A stretch of 64,000 nt of DNA, taken from positions 9,877,171-9,941,170 of the forward strand of contig MU055609.1 of NCBI GenBank assembly GCA_013239625.1, in the 5' to 3' direction. The position numbers were made by a program, and so were the translations under genes. Positions 26,451-39,127 of this stretch are shown here, piece after piece. This stretch comes from Lama guanicoe (lineage: Eukaryota). A model generated the notes under the pieces. The model saw nothing but the letters and a program-made list of their open reading frames with translations, had not been told where the DNA came from and did no database searches. Position 1 is the stretch's first letter. Each line of letters opens with the position of its first letter.

Positions 26451-29400
26451 CCCTCATCCCTTCCCACTGCCCTGGGTCTCTGTCTGCGGACACACACTGT
26501 GCGGACACTCATCCCGGGGCTTTGGATTCTTCCTGCTACAACCACACATAATCAAGTTCTCAAGTTTGGCCTGGGGCGGGACACTGGGGGAAGAGGCAGA
26601 GCACAGCCCTGTCCCCATCCAGCTTTGGAACTGTTCTTCCCACACCGTGGGACACATACAAAGGTGCCAGTCTGTCCAGCACCTCTCCCACCTCCCCCTA
26701 AACACACAAACACTCCCCCAGGGCTTTCCACAAAGAAGTACCTGCTGGTGAACAGAGACTAGAGTAAAGGGAGCTGAGGGAGAGCCTTCCAGCCACATTT
26801 TAGGCCAGCCTCTTATCCCATGCCACCCTATTCCACTGCCAAGGCAGAGATACAATGGGCATGGCTGGTTGCTCAGCAGGCTGTCAGGTGGGCTACCAGG
26901 TGGTAACTCACCTTCACATTCACCTGCATTCCCTGTTGTCCACAAAGGAGACAGGTTTATGCAGAATCAAGAGACCAAGCCATCTATGATGGAAGAAGAC
27001 TTGGCCACCTCCTATGGCACTGCCAGGGTAGGAGAAATCACAGGATCTAGGCTGAAAGTCTTTTGGGTCCAGAAAGGAGGATGCCCAGCCCCCCACTCCC
27101 CGACCCCTGTGTGCAGTGAAATTCCTGAGGTAGACACCTGGGCTGTGTCTCCGAAGTCCCAGCACAACCTGTGGCAGGCCAGCTCTGTCCCATCTTGCAC
27201 CCTTGCTGCAGAGGGAGAGCTGAGGGAGGAGCAAGAACCCCCCAACAGACAGGAGGGAGCTGGGTGAAGTCACTGACCCTAGACCCAGAAGGTGAGTCCA
27301 GGCTAATACAGTCCAGCTCATTTCTCGGACAGAGAAACTGAGGCTGAGGGAGGACAGGAAGCACTGGCCCAAGGGCACAGAGAGTCAGTACCCCGGCTGG
27401 GATCAGGAATCCTCTCCCCTCTTCCCCTTCTCTCCCCCCAGTATTAGATAATCATCTTTGGGGTAGGTGCTGAAATGAAGGAGGGAAAGGAGGCATCAAA
27501 AGTCTAGTACCTCTCAGGGGTCAGTGTAACTCAGAACTCCTTTGTGCACATGTGTGCTTGTGCACACACAGGCACACACACACACTGTTCTACAGCTCAT
27601 CGACACCCCCTCAGAGCCCTGAAGTTGGGCCAGCACATCCATCCTGATCCAGGAAGGAATGACTCCAGCCAGGACAGCCTCTGGCCTAGATGGCCTAGAT
27701 TTTCTTCGTTTATTCCCTATCATCTGAAAGGTCTAGAGTCGAAAGGGGCATGGGAAGCAAGGCTTGGAGTAGCCAGGTGGGCCAACTAGCTGTCAACTCC
27801 AACACTCACAGAAACAGGGAAGGAGGGATGCTATTGTCTAGGAAAACCAAAGGGAAAGAGGCAATTTACTGGCAAACTCTGCCCATTCCCCCGCCTCCAC
27901 CCCTTGCTCACAGCCAAGCTGGTGCCCAAAGTTCTGCTCCATCTGGGGCTGGGGGAAGGATCTGGCTGCCTGCCCCAACCCAGGGAACCCACAGTAGGGT
28001 GGAGCACAAGATGTTCTCACTCACCCACAGCCCTCCCGATGGCTGCCAGCATCTCATTCACCTAAAAGCAACCTACCTCATGTCCTGATTTATCCAGATA
28101 ATTGCCTGCTCTCCTACACCTTGATCTCAACTTTCCTCCCATCCTGACTCTGGGAAGGAAGGTTCAGAGGCATCCATAGCCCAGATAACACTTGAAATTT
28201 CCCTATAGTACCAGGGGAGATGCTGGGGTTTTAGTTCCTTCAAAATATCTAGCTGAATGTTTTAATTATTGATGCTGGTGTATAGAGGCTGCAGGCTTCA
28301 ACTTTACATCTGGCATCCTGCTGATCAACTTCGGGCAAAGCCCACCCTCACCCCTTCTCCAGACCTGTTTCTCCATTCATTCAATGTTAGCCTTGGAAAC
28401 CTTGCAAGCTCTGTTGTTAACAAACTGCACCCATCCCCTTGCTACAGGAGGATAGTTTCCTGACAATGGAAGGGAAGACTCCAAAGCCCCTGGGGACTGC
28501 TGACCAAGTCCCTCTGTTCAGGCTGGAGGAGCAGGAGTTTCACAGCACCTGGCAGGAGGGCAGGTCAGAGGCCAGAAAATGAAGCCTCTTGGCCACTCTG
28601 GAACAACCTGGATCCACCAGGCAGGCTGAAGGGACTGGACACCAGCAGGATAGGGAGGGAGTGGGAGCTTCTGAGCAGAGGCCAGCCTGTTCCACTACTG
28701 ATCCAGTCCTTGTGCCCTGTTCAACTTGACTGGGTGCTCCGCATTTCCAGCTTTGTCTATAATGGGGAAGGATGCAGGGAGAGGGTGGACAGGCCCCAGT
28801 CTTTGCTAGAAGAATAAGGGAAGAGGCTCAGAACTCAGGACTCATCCTCTTCATCCCTGCAGAGACCTATTCTTAACCCTTCTACCCCAGTTCCTCCACA
28901 ACCATATCCCCCCAGCCTCTGCCTCAGCCCGAAGAGGGGGCAACCATACTCTCAGACTCACACTGATAAAGTCACCAATACACATGCTAGCACACGCAAG
29001 TATTTACCCCCAAGCAGTCACCCACACACCCTGACACATCTCCCCTCACACACACCAAACTATACAGTCACAAACCCCAAATGCCCCCAAATCGCACACA
29101 CCTTTATGAATTGTGATACCTGGAACCATCATCATAAAGTGGAAATCTACCATCCTTAACGCTTAAAATACCAAACATTTTTTACCTCAAGTATGATGAT
29201 AATCACTTCTTTTGCCTTTCCTTCAGTTCTCAACTACCAGAACTAGATCTAATGACGCTAAGCAGATGTTTACTGTTTGTACCTCCAGTACAATGCCCAG
29301 CACACAGTAGGTGATCAATAAGTATTTGTGGAAGGAAGGAGCCAGAGAGGAAAGAGATGTCGAGGGCTGAAGGCAAATTAACTCGCCTGTGTTTGATCCT

Positions 29401-29649
29401 TACCAGGTGCCTCTTCAGACAGGAAAACTGTTCTTCACACAAACTGAGCCCTGACACTGGCCTTACACTCTTCAGATGGTCAGCGGAGGGAAAAGGGAGG
29501 GCGTGAGCTGATCAGAGGCTAGAGCTGCTGCCTGGAGCACATCAGAACGGGAAACCACCTCGAAGTTCCATCTGCCCTCTCGTTGCTATATCGAAGATTC
29601 ATCGGTTGCAAATAGACACTCAGAATGGTCCTCTGATCCTCCAGCCTGC

Positions 29650-32480
29650 CTGGGGCTCCACAAAGCGTGGCTGGCTGGGGCTGCCAGGACGTCGGGAACT
29701 GGGCGCAAAGCCGGGCTACCAGCGTCTCCAGCCTTGGGATCCGACTCCTCGTACTGCGAGTTCTGGTTCTTGAATCCACTCCCAGGTTCCACAATTGTTC
29801 CGCAGTGTGATTTCCTTCTGGTGCCTTCCGCTCCAAAGCATAAAGTGGAGCCACGCGGTCCTCAGGACCCTCTAGGCTCCTGCCATCTAGGTCCGAGGCT
29901 AATTTAAGCGATAACCTCACCAGCTGTCCTTACTGGAGTGACACGTGGGGAAGCGAGAACTAGCCCTCAAAAGATTAGTTATTTGCAGGAAACTCGCAGT
30001 TGAGATGCGAACCTAACTGGCCTTGAAGAGGAGTCTCGGAGGGAAGGCGCGAGGGGAGGTGGGGGGCGGGGGTGGCGAGGTGGTCTCCCCACACCCGGCC
30101 GGGACCTGGCACATCTGCATCTGAATAGGATGGGGCAGCTACTCAAGGAGTCCTAACAGCACCGACACCTGCTAAGGAAGGGGGCACAAAGCGAGGGCCC
30201 TCTGTAAGTGGCAAAGAATTAACTTGGACAATGAGCCCCACACCCGCATCCTCAGCGCCCCCCACCCCGCCACACACACTGGCAGTGTCCACACATTATT
30301 TGAAATACGCTTTTCAGAGCCGCGGTGATTTTTAGGAATCGAGGGGACAGATTTAAATGTCTTGTTCCCCCAGTGATTCGCCCTTTCCAGTCCTAAGATC
30401 CGTGCAACCGCAATTCCAAAGATACTTCTGCCTGCGTCGACAAAAATGCCCCGGAGGTGAGACCAGCCTAAGGCGTTTTTCCAGCATCGGGAGAAAAGGT
30501 GAACAGATGTCCCAGGCCCCAGCTTTCGAGGGCAAAACGCTCAAAGGACCCCCACGGCAGCTGCGCGCATCTCCCCGGCCGCCGCGCGAACCAGATCTGA
30601 TGCGCAACCCTCGGGAGCCGCGCAACTCCCAATAGCTGGACGGGAAGGGGGCGGGTACCGGCTGAAGACCGGGACGCTGTTGACTCCTTTCAGGAGGACG
30701 AAACTGCATTCAGGAGACTGGCGTGGCCCGGAGGAGGGTGCCCGGCTCAGACCCGTGCCGCGTGGAGGAAAGCAAAGGCGTGGACAGCTAGCGACTTCCG
30801 CTCTGAGTCCGCGTGGAACGAAAAGAGAGAGCTCCTTAGACATTCGGGACTCGGAGCAGGGATCCGAGCGAGTGTCGGAAACAACCCCAAGGATGTCAGC
30901 GCCCAGTCCAGCCTGGGAGCGCAGGCACCAGAGGAGAATGCCTTCCTTCCGCAGCAGTCCGAAGCCTCCAGGCCTCCGGAGCTGCTGCCGCCTCGGGCCG
31001 CACGGCTTCTCGGCTACGGAAGGAGGCGGTACCCGCTCCGCCCCGCGCCGCGCCCACTAGTTCGCGGAAAAATTCGTTCCCAAAACTAGAGGTAGGAACC
31101 TCTGACCTCCCTACAGGTTTCTATGCTGGTACGTGTCTATGCCGACCTTAAAGAAATTCCTCTCCAAAACTTCAGTTAGCGTTTGTTTTGCTCTTAGAAA
31201 CCCTAGCGACGAAAAGTTTAGGAGGCTGAATTATCCTGTATGACCTCTGCCCACCTTTAATTCTCTTTCACCTTTCCTCCAGAAATCTCAGAGCACCAGC
31301 CCCAAGGTCAAATGTGAGCTGGGTCTCAGCACCCTAGTTGGTCCTCCTGGATGCATCTCCAGGCCCCGACCCAGACAACATTTGAACCACGTATCGGAAT
31401 AATTTAGGCGCAAATCCAAACTCGCCTGACTTCTCTCTAGCCGGACGCGCAGGGTTTGGGTTAAACTCCGAATCCGGTCCATAAAGACCCTATGCAAGCT
31501 GCCTCCTCGACCTGTCCCCTAAGCTCGAAATCCTATGAGGCACGCTCCACACTCAAAATCTTTTCTCCCTTTTTCTTGCAGGGTCCCTCGTTTAAACAGC
31601 TTCGGCGCCTTTATTTGCCTGACCCTAGGCGGAGGAGAACCCGCCTGATCAGTCATTGTCTGGTCGGCGACCGCCCCCACCCCCGCCCCAATCAGTGTCA
31701 CAAAACGCCCCTTTCAACAGATTCCAAACCCTCTTCACCCGGGCTCACTGAGCCTTCAACTTCATTAAGTGCGCGCTTCGGCGGCGCTGGAGGAGGCGAA
31801 GTTTAAATAAACCGGAGCGGAGAAGGAGGAGGGGTGGACCTGAGGAGGGTTGCTAGTTGAACGGGAGAGAGAGAAGTGTTTTTGAAAAAGGGAAAAAAGT
31901 CATCAGGGGAAAACGCTTTGTAACCACGAAGACGCGCCCGCTGTGGCGAGAACAAATTGGATATGGAGGGGAAGTGTCCGCCCCCACCTCAACTCCCGCT
32001 CCTGGGTGGTCCGGGGAGCCCCAGGAGAAAGAAAGATGGGGAGGAATCGGCGGTGAAAAGAATTAACCACTTTAATTGGGCTGCAAGAGAGAAGTGGGGA
32101 GAGGCTCACCGGTGTTCCTAGATCACCCAAACCAAATACCCTTCAGTAAAATAAAATAAAATGTCTGCCCTTAGCCGTGGCTGGAAGACGTATGTCAAAG
32201 TTTGAGAATCAAGCTGTTCACAGCCACAGAAAGTAAATCTGCAAGAAGGGGAAATTCTGCCCGGAAAGACCCCCTCCCCCTCCTCGTGGCCTCGGGCCTC
32301 CCGGCGCCGGATGAAAAGGAATGAAATTGAACGAAATTGAACGAAATGAAGTGAAATTGACCAGTGAAATTCGCCAATTTTCTTCCCCTTTAAACTGCCC
32401 GCTCTCAGCCGCACTCTCTGAACCCCAAGCCGATTTCTTAGCACTTTTTCTCACCTCGAGAGATGAAGGTGTGCCCTGGA
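29650..32480. promoter_or_regulatory. Large CpG-rich region 3.6-6.4 kb downstream of the FOXD2 stop
   Basis: Sustained high CpG density, no recognisable interspersed repeats, no credible ORF. Confidence 0.8.
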
Positions 32481-35050
32481 TATTTTCTTATTATTGTCAC
32501 CAATTGTTGGAGCCTATGGGGACAGAGACTCAGCTGTCTCCACCCGGACAGCCAGGGAACTCACGGGAGTCGCTCCAGATGGGATGGCCTATTTCTCCTC
32601 CCAGGAGGCTGGTCTCCCTAGCCGACATACACTGAACACCCACCCTTGTGCACCCACAGGGTGGGAGGGAGCCACTTACAAAGCTCCTCTAGTCTGGGAA
32701 GAAAACAAGAAAAAGCCCGAGGACTCTGTCACACAAACGTGCAATTCCCTCAGCCTTCTCCTTGCCCTTCCTTACAGTCCAGGTCCCAGGTGGGTCCTTG
32801 CCAGCTCTTAATTAACAGGTTCCTGGCCCACACAACCTAAAGGAGTCCTGAATTCCCAGCACTCTTCTGCCCTGCCTTGAATGATGCGGTTATCTCAGCA
32901 ATTCTTTGTCCAGTATTTTTCAAGGACAATGGGGCATCCATGGTTTCTTTCTGGCCCCCAGTCCTCAGCCATAATTATATCTGGCCCAGATCCAGCCTTC
33001 TTAACACACAAGGAAACTGGTGTGAGTCCTAGGTCCACAGTCCCAAGCTCCCTAGAAGCCCCTAGAAGGGTTCATCTCACTCTTCCCCAATTCTCTATTT
33101 CTGCCTTTTCCTGATACAGACCCTCTAACACATACATAGACACTAAGCAACATAGACAAATACATATACACATATATGCATACACACACACACACACACA
33201 CACTTTCACAAAAACATGTTGAGGAATTCCAAAGGAGCCACTGCTTCTGGAAGTAGCAGTTGTGGAAATATCTATCTACACCATCAGATATGAATTCTAG
33301 CTGACTTAATTTTCTCTCTTCTAGAGGAAAAATCAATTGATAAATCTTTTACTTGAAGCTCTAACCTAATAACTGGGAGTGACATATTCATGATAAATGA
33401 GATCATGTAAGCTACAAAGTGCTTCACTGAGCACTTTGCACTGAGCACTGGCAAACACACATGGTCATATTCAACCTTCAATTGAAAAGAAATGAAATCA
33501 AATACAGCAACAGAAGTCAACGAAGCAGCCAGCAGGAGATCACTGTTCCAGTATCAGCAGACATTTCCCTCTTTTTACAGCTGAATGTAACCTTACTTCT
33601 CAGAGACTATTTGATAAAAATATAGGAAGGTGGCTTCCTGCATTCAATTTCTCTTCACTCTCGAAGTTTTGCAACAAGATTGAGGAGAGGGTACCTCACC
33701 TCTGGCAGAGGGGAAAGGGTTGAAAGATTTAGGAGTCCCAACCACTCTTCTTAGCCCTGGTGCATTCTTCTTACCCTGATCCTGACTCTGCTCCTCTTTG
33801 ATCAGGGTACCTCATCCTCTGCCTCTTCCTTCTTTCCTACTATTGCTAATGCCTGGAAATCTGGCTAAAGCAGCCTTATATTGCTTCTCCCCACCTGCCC
33901 CTCTTAAGTTCTCTACATCTGGTTCTCTGACTCTGTCTTTTTCCTTCTCTATCACTTCTCTCCCAATGCTCACCCTCAGCTCACATCAATAGCATGTGTC
34001 TATTTTCTGTGAAGGCTGAATTGCACCTCTGCATCTCCGTATTTCTCTCTTCTTCTATGACCTACGTTGAATGTACAGAGAAAAGAGCTAAGTAACCATT
34101 TTTGTTCCACCAAAAGCATTACCTTTCACCCAACATGCTTTCAAGTCTAGCCACTGGGAGTTTCAGGCACAGGGATTATGGAAGACTCCAGATAGCCCAA
34201 TGGCTTTGCACTCAGGCAGTAGGTTCTGACTCTGAGCATGGCTTATGGGTTAGGGAGGTTTACCCTAACAGAGCAGTGCCGCACTGACTCTCTCCTTTAG
34301 CTCATGGTGCACCTCTAAGCTTCTCAGGCTGGAGAAGAGAGGGGTTTCACAGTCCCCAATTTAGGTCTCTCTGACTAGTCCATGTGCCAGGAGTTGCGAA
34401 GGGAGGAAATGCAAAGAAGGTCCAACAGTGGCCAGAGAGAAAACTCTTCTTAGAGACACAGAGATACGACAGAACCAAAAACACAGAGACACGTTCACAG
34501 ACACACATAGAAATAGAAACACAGATATCCTGAAATACAACTGATGCCCCCCAAAAAGGAGAAAAAGCAAGGATATATGACAACCCCCAAATACAACACA
34601 AGCCCCATAAGAGCCCCCACATACAAAATACACATCAGTAAACAGCTTCATTCAAATTGTACTTAATAAGTATAGTGTCCATGAGCACCCAGACCTGCCC
34701 AGGCCATGATAAATTCTAAACTAGAAGGAGATGAGAAACCCCAGGTGCATTTGAAACAAAACCTCTCTGCGGAACCCCAGGCAGAAACCTTCCTAGGATC
34801 AGAGCGAAAATGAAAGTGCCAGAGGGGCCATAGGCTTCCCAGAATCCTGGCCCTATTAACAGCTGATGGCCAAGGCCACAGTGTCCCCTGTATCTGATAA
34901 GCCCAAGCCCTCCTTTGCCGGCCTGGGCTGCCCAGGGCCCTTCCTCACTCCCCTCTGCCTAGGAGCTGGGGGTCTTCTGGGAGAGCCCGAGCTGGGGAAG
35001 TGGAGTACAGGCAAGCAGAGAGAGCTGGTGACTGCTGGAGTTAATGTACA

Positions 35051-35056
35051 TTTATT
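35051..35056 (-). terminator. Probable FOXD2 polyadenylation signal AATAAA
   Basis: TTTATT on plus, about 1.05 kb past the stop codon; the only such hexamer I saw in that interval. Confidence 0.65.
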
Positions 35057-36097
35057 CAATTGACACCGATGGGGGTAGGGAGAGACAGGTCTTCATTTTC
35101 TTCCACACAAACCATCAGATGATTTCACAGAGTCTCCCCAAGCGGAGAAGTCTAAATCAATGCACACCCAGGACAGAGAACGCAGATAGCAGCCCGCTGT
35201 ACAGATATTTACACATAATTACAGGACCCCCTGCCACAGGATGTGCCCTGGCCCACCCCACCCCCACCTTTCCTGTCCCTGACCCAGACCCTCCTCTCCC
35301 ACCCCGACCTCATTGCCTTTAGCTACAATAAATATCCCAGGGCCTGGGACAGAGCAGACCCCTGAGAGGGCTGCAGGCCCTGGATGGCTGGACCCAGCCG
35401 GCCACGGGGAAGGGGGAAATTTCCTTCAAAAGCACCCAACACAAAAGAGGGAGGATTTTCCTCAAAGGACTGGGATCCCGGGTTTGCAAAGGGATTGTGG
35501 AGACCCCTTGCTTCACCTCTCCGTTCAGCTTCGTTTGTGTAGACACTGCTTTAGGCTTCCAAGAGAACGAACTTCCTTGGAGAAAAGCGGGGGGGGGGGG
35601 TGAATTTTTCTTTTAAGCACAAAGCAGATAATAGGTGTCTTTAAATTAAAATATTGGAAATCAGGGCCTCAAAGTTGGGGAAGGAGTGAGGGAGAGGCAG
35701 AAAGGGAGACCTCTGCGCATTTGGTGTTGCTGGCGGGATCTGTAGGGCCTGGGCAGGCATCTCTCCGAGAAAGCATTCTTCCGGGGCAGCTGCCGAGAGG
35801 CGCAGAGACTGGGAAAAAGCGAAGACTTCCCCCTCCCCCTTTTACTGCTCAAACTGGAATTGGATCATGGCTAGCGACCTCGTCGCATAGAGCAGGGCCT
35901 CTCCCTGAGCGATGGAGCCCGCTTCGTCCCAACTATCGGAGAGATTCTAAGCGTGGAGTCTGAAGTGCCAAGTCACGCGCGCCGGCCCAAGATCTGGAGA
36001 CTCTTCATAAATAGACTCCCGGAGCTCCGCCGGGACCGCAGGAGCTCCCAGGAGAGACTGAGGAGTGCGGGTTTAAGTGGCCCAGAACCCGACAAGG

Positions 36098-37425
36098 TCA
36101 GAAGTGGCAACCACTGAGGCCAGCAACTTTGCTGGCAAACGGGGGCCCTGAGGGCAGGAGCGCGTCCCCGTGGTGCGAGAGGCGGATGTGGCCGGCCACT
36201 GGAGCCAGGGCCGGAGCAGTCAGCATGGCCAAGACCTGGGCTTGACCCCCAGGACCCGCGGCCGCTGAGAAAGGCGATCCTGGGGAGCCCTCGCCTCCGC
36301 CCGGGGGTGCTGCCCCGCCGCCACCGTGGCCCATTATGTGGTCTATAGAGAAGGAAGGCCTCTGCCCGGCCGCGGCGCCCCCGCTGCCTGCACCGCCGCC
36401 CGCGTCCGTCTTGAGGCCCTGGCGAAGGAGTGCTGTGCCTGCTGCGGGAGGGCTCAGGGAAGCGGGGTAGAAGGCTTTGGCGCAGCCTAGCTCCGCGCCC
36501 AGAAAGGCGGGCAGGCCTGCGGGGCCCGGGCCTGACCCTGTGCCTGGAGCAGGCGCAGGGGCTGGAGCCGAGGCTGCGCCCGCGAAAACAGAGGCCGTCG
36601 GAGGTCCGGGTGGAGGCGCTGCGCCACGACCTGGGGGTACCGATAGCTGGCAAGGTGCGGCGGCCGCGGCAAAAGCGAAGGCGTGCGGGTGTGGATGCGG
36701 GTGTGGGGCCGGGCCCGGCGGGGGTGCGCTGTAGGCCGGGAGCGCCAACCCGTAGCCGTAGCCGTAGGCGCCGTAAGCCGCGAAGCCCGGCAGGAAGGCG
36801 CCCGGGTCCCCCGCCGCCGCAGCCCCGCCGCGCAATAGCAGCTCGGGGTGAGGGTGCGTGTGTGGATGCGGCGGCGGCAGCGGCTGCCGCTTGAAGCGCT
36901 TGCGACGCCGCAGGAAGCTGCCGTTGTCGAACATGTCGGCCGACTCCGGGTCGAGCGTCCAGTAGTTGCCCTTGCCCGGGTTGCCTGGCTCTCGGGGAAT
37001 CTTGACGAAGCAGTCGTTGAGTGATAGGTTGTGGCGGATGCTGTTCTGCCAGGCGGGGAATTTCTCCCGGTAGTAAGGGAAGCGGCCACTGATGAACTCG
37101 CAGATCTCGCTCAGCGTCAGGCGCTTCTTGGGGCTCTGCAGGATGGCCATGGTGATGAGCGCGATGTACGAGTAGGGAGGGGCTCGCCGTCCGAGCACCC
37201 GCCGGACTCCTCCTCGTCCTCAGCGGCGTCCGCCTCGGCTTCCTCCGGTGGAGGCTCGGGGCCGAGAGGGAGCACGTCCCGGGGGGCGCGGGGCCCGGAG
37301 CGGGCAGGGAGCTCCCCCCCACCGATGCCGCCGCCCACCACGTCTATATCTGCGTCGGCCTCGGACAGGGCGGCCGGGGAGCTCTCGGAGGACATGATCT
37401 CGCAGCAGCAGCTGCCCAGGGTCAT
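36098..37425 (-). CDS. FOXD2: Forkhead box protein D2, single exon; as assembled has a deletion/frameshift at 37179-37182
   Basis: N-terminus [33 protein letters not shown] (ATG 37425, Kozak GGCACCATG). A second frame has the forkhead domain [68 protein letters not shown], eh1 motif FSIDHIMG (36329-36352) and C-terminus VAGLSGCHF*. Confidence 0.97.
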
Positions 37426-37428
37426 GGT

Positions 37429-37490
37429 GCCGCCGCCGCCGCCGCCGCCGCTCTCCGGCTCCGCTCCGGTCGCGGCTCCGGCTCCGCCGC
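37429..37490 (-). repeat. (GGC)7 plus CGGAGC hexamer repeats in the FOXD2 5'UTR
   Basis: GCC x7 at 37429-37449 on plus, abutting the Kozak sequence; GCTCCG repeats follow. Confidence 0.85.
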
Positions 37491-37577
37491 GCTGCCTCTG
37501 GGGCGAGTGTGTTTTGCGCGCGGGCGGGGAGGGGGCGGGGGACTGAGGCGGGCAGGGAGGGGTGTACCCCAGCTCCG

Positions 37578-37595
37578 CAGCGCCCCCTCGTGGCC
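37578..37595 (-). promoter_or_regulatory. Candidate CTCF site at the FOXD2 promoter
   Basis: Minus strand GGCCACGAGGGGGCGCTG versus consensus CCASYAGRKGGCRS (one mismatch). Confidence 0.6.
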
Positions 37596-39127
37596 CACTC
37601 GGCCGCTCTCACCTCTCAGTGAGCACCCGACTGGCAGCTCTCATCGCTTCCCCGGGAGCCCGAGTCCGGGCCTGCTCCTAGGGCGCGGGCGGAAGGAGCT
37701 GAGGCCTCCCTTTACCCTGCGGGTCTTGGCCCCCAGTTCCCCCTCGGGGTGGGGGTGGGGGGTCGAGGGATTAGCCCCTCCCGCCTGGCGGCAGCCAAAG
37801 GCGGAAGAACGCGAGCCTGGGGCGGAGCTCCTTGAGCGGGGCGGGGCGGGCGGAGTGCCTCGGCGGAGGGGCCCGGCGGGAACAAACAGCCGCCGCCGCG
37901 GGAGCGCGGCTCGGGTGGCCAGAGGCGGGTCCTCCTCTTCCCCGCAGACTCCTCAAACTTTCAGTTCCCTGGAGCCGCTGCCCTCAGTGCGCTCAGCCCT
38001 GGATGTTAAGGTTCACGGGGACGCCAGCAGGAGCCCGGAGCAGTAGCGAGAGTCCCCACCCATTATCTCCCCAAGGCAGTGCCCGGGCCACCAAAGCCGA
38101 AGCGCAGTTGGCGCGCCAGCGGAGCCTCAGACGCCGGGACCGACGCCGCCGGAGTGGGGCCTGCCGGAGCCGGAGTGGCTTCCGGACCAAGAGGAGACGC
38201 ACTTGAGTGATCGCGAGGAGCAAACTTGGCGTTCTCAGCCTCGGTCTTCGGAGAGGTGAGAGATTCCGGCTGCGCCCCTCTCCTCCCCTCCAAGGCCAGG
38301 ACCCAGCCACCCATCCCTTTGCCTCGCCGCAGGACTCCAGATGTGGTAATGTGTGCGGGGAGACCCAAGGAGCGCGCCGCCTGCCCGAAGCCCGCTTCCC
38401 CAAGCTTCTTTGGGGCGCTTTGATCGCATTTCGGGAGCGCGGACCCGTCCATCTCTCTTGAGTTTGCCTGTATCCGACCTTTTTCTGTCTTGGTATCCGT
38501 TTGTCTAACTCAGGCTCTGTGATTCTATGTTTCTCTCACCCTCGGTGAATCTCTGCTTCTATTTCCTACGGAAACCCTGCATTTGTTTGGATGTCTGTTC
38601 GTGAATCTGAGAATCCCTCACTCAGTTTCTCCGTTTCTCCCACCATCAGACGCACGGCAGGACCCCCACCCTTCCCCCACCCTTTTCTGGCTGGACTTGT
38701 AGGCTATACAGACAGCAGGACCCCCACGGAGACCTCCCTCAATGAACCCTGACCTCAGACGCAAGCCAGTGTTGCCTTCATCTTTCAGGATCCTGTGCAC
38801 ACAGTGTTGGTCCTGTGCCCTTTTTTCTTACCAGCTGGGTTCCTGCCCATGCCGTTAGGCCTCCTTCTCCCCTGGCCTCCCTCCAGGAACCCAGCAACTA
38901 GTAGCTCCAGCTCAGACTGGGTCCATCGCAACCTCTGGGGGTGACAGGGGAAATGGCCACTGGAATTGGGCAAATACTGAGCGGATGGATGGGCTGCTGC
39001 CCCAACAGCGCCCCGCAGTGGTCAAAGGTCCAGTATGCGAGGCCCGAGACCCAGCTTCGCTCAGCTGTCACAGGCTGTAGGACAGTCAGCAAGTTACTTC
39101 CCTTGTCAGCCTGTTTCCTGCTCTATA

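Larger units (their letters stand above)
35870..38460. promoter_or_regulatory. CpG island spanning FOXD2 and its promoter
   Basis: Very high GC/CpG; GC boxes GGGGCGGAG and GGGGCGGGGCGGG at about 37819-37850. Confidence 0.9.

Noticed and set aside
36098-37198. 366-aa ORF as the complete FOXD2
   Set aside because: Begins at a GTG whose frame reaches the forkhead box only because of the frameshift junction; the true N-terminus starts at ATG 37425.
35973-37322. 449-aa alternative-frame ORF and antisense ORFs over FOXD2
   Set aside because: Non-ATG start; stop scarcity is expected at this GC content; no recognisable domain.
39005-39025. Additional CTCF-like motif CCACTGCGGGGCGCTG (minus)
   Set aside because: Mismatches at the strongly conserved AG core.
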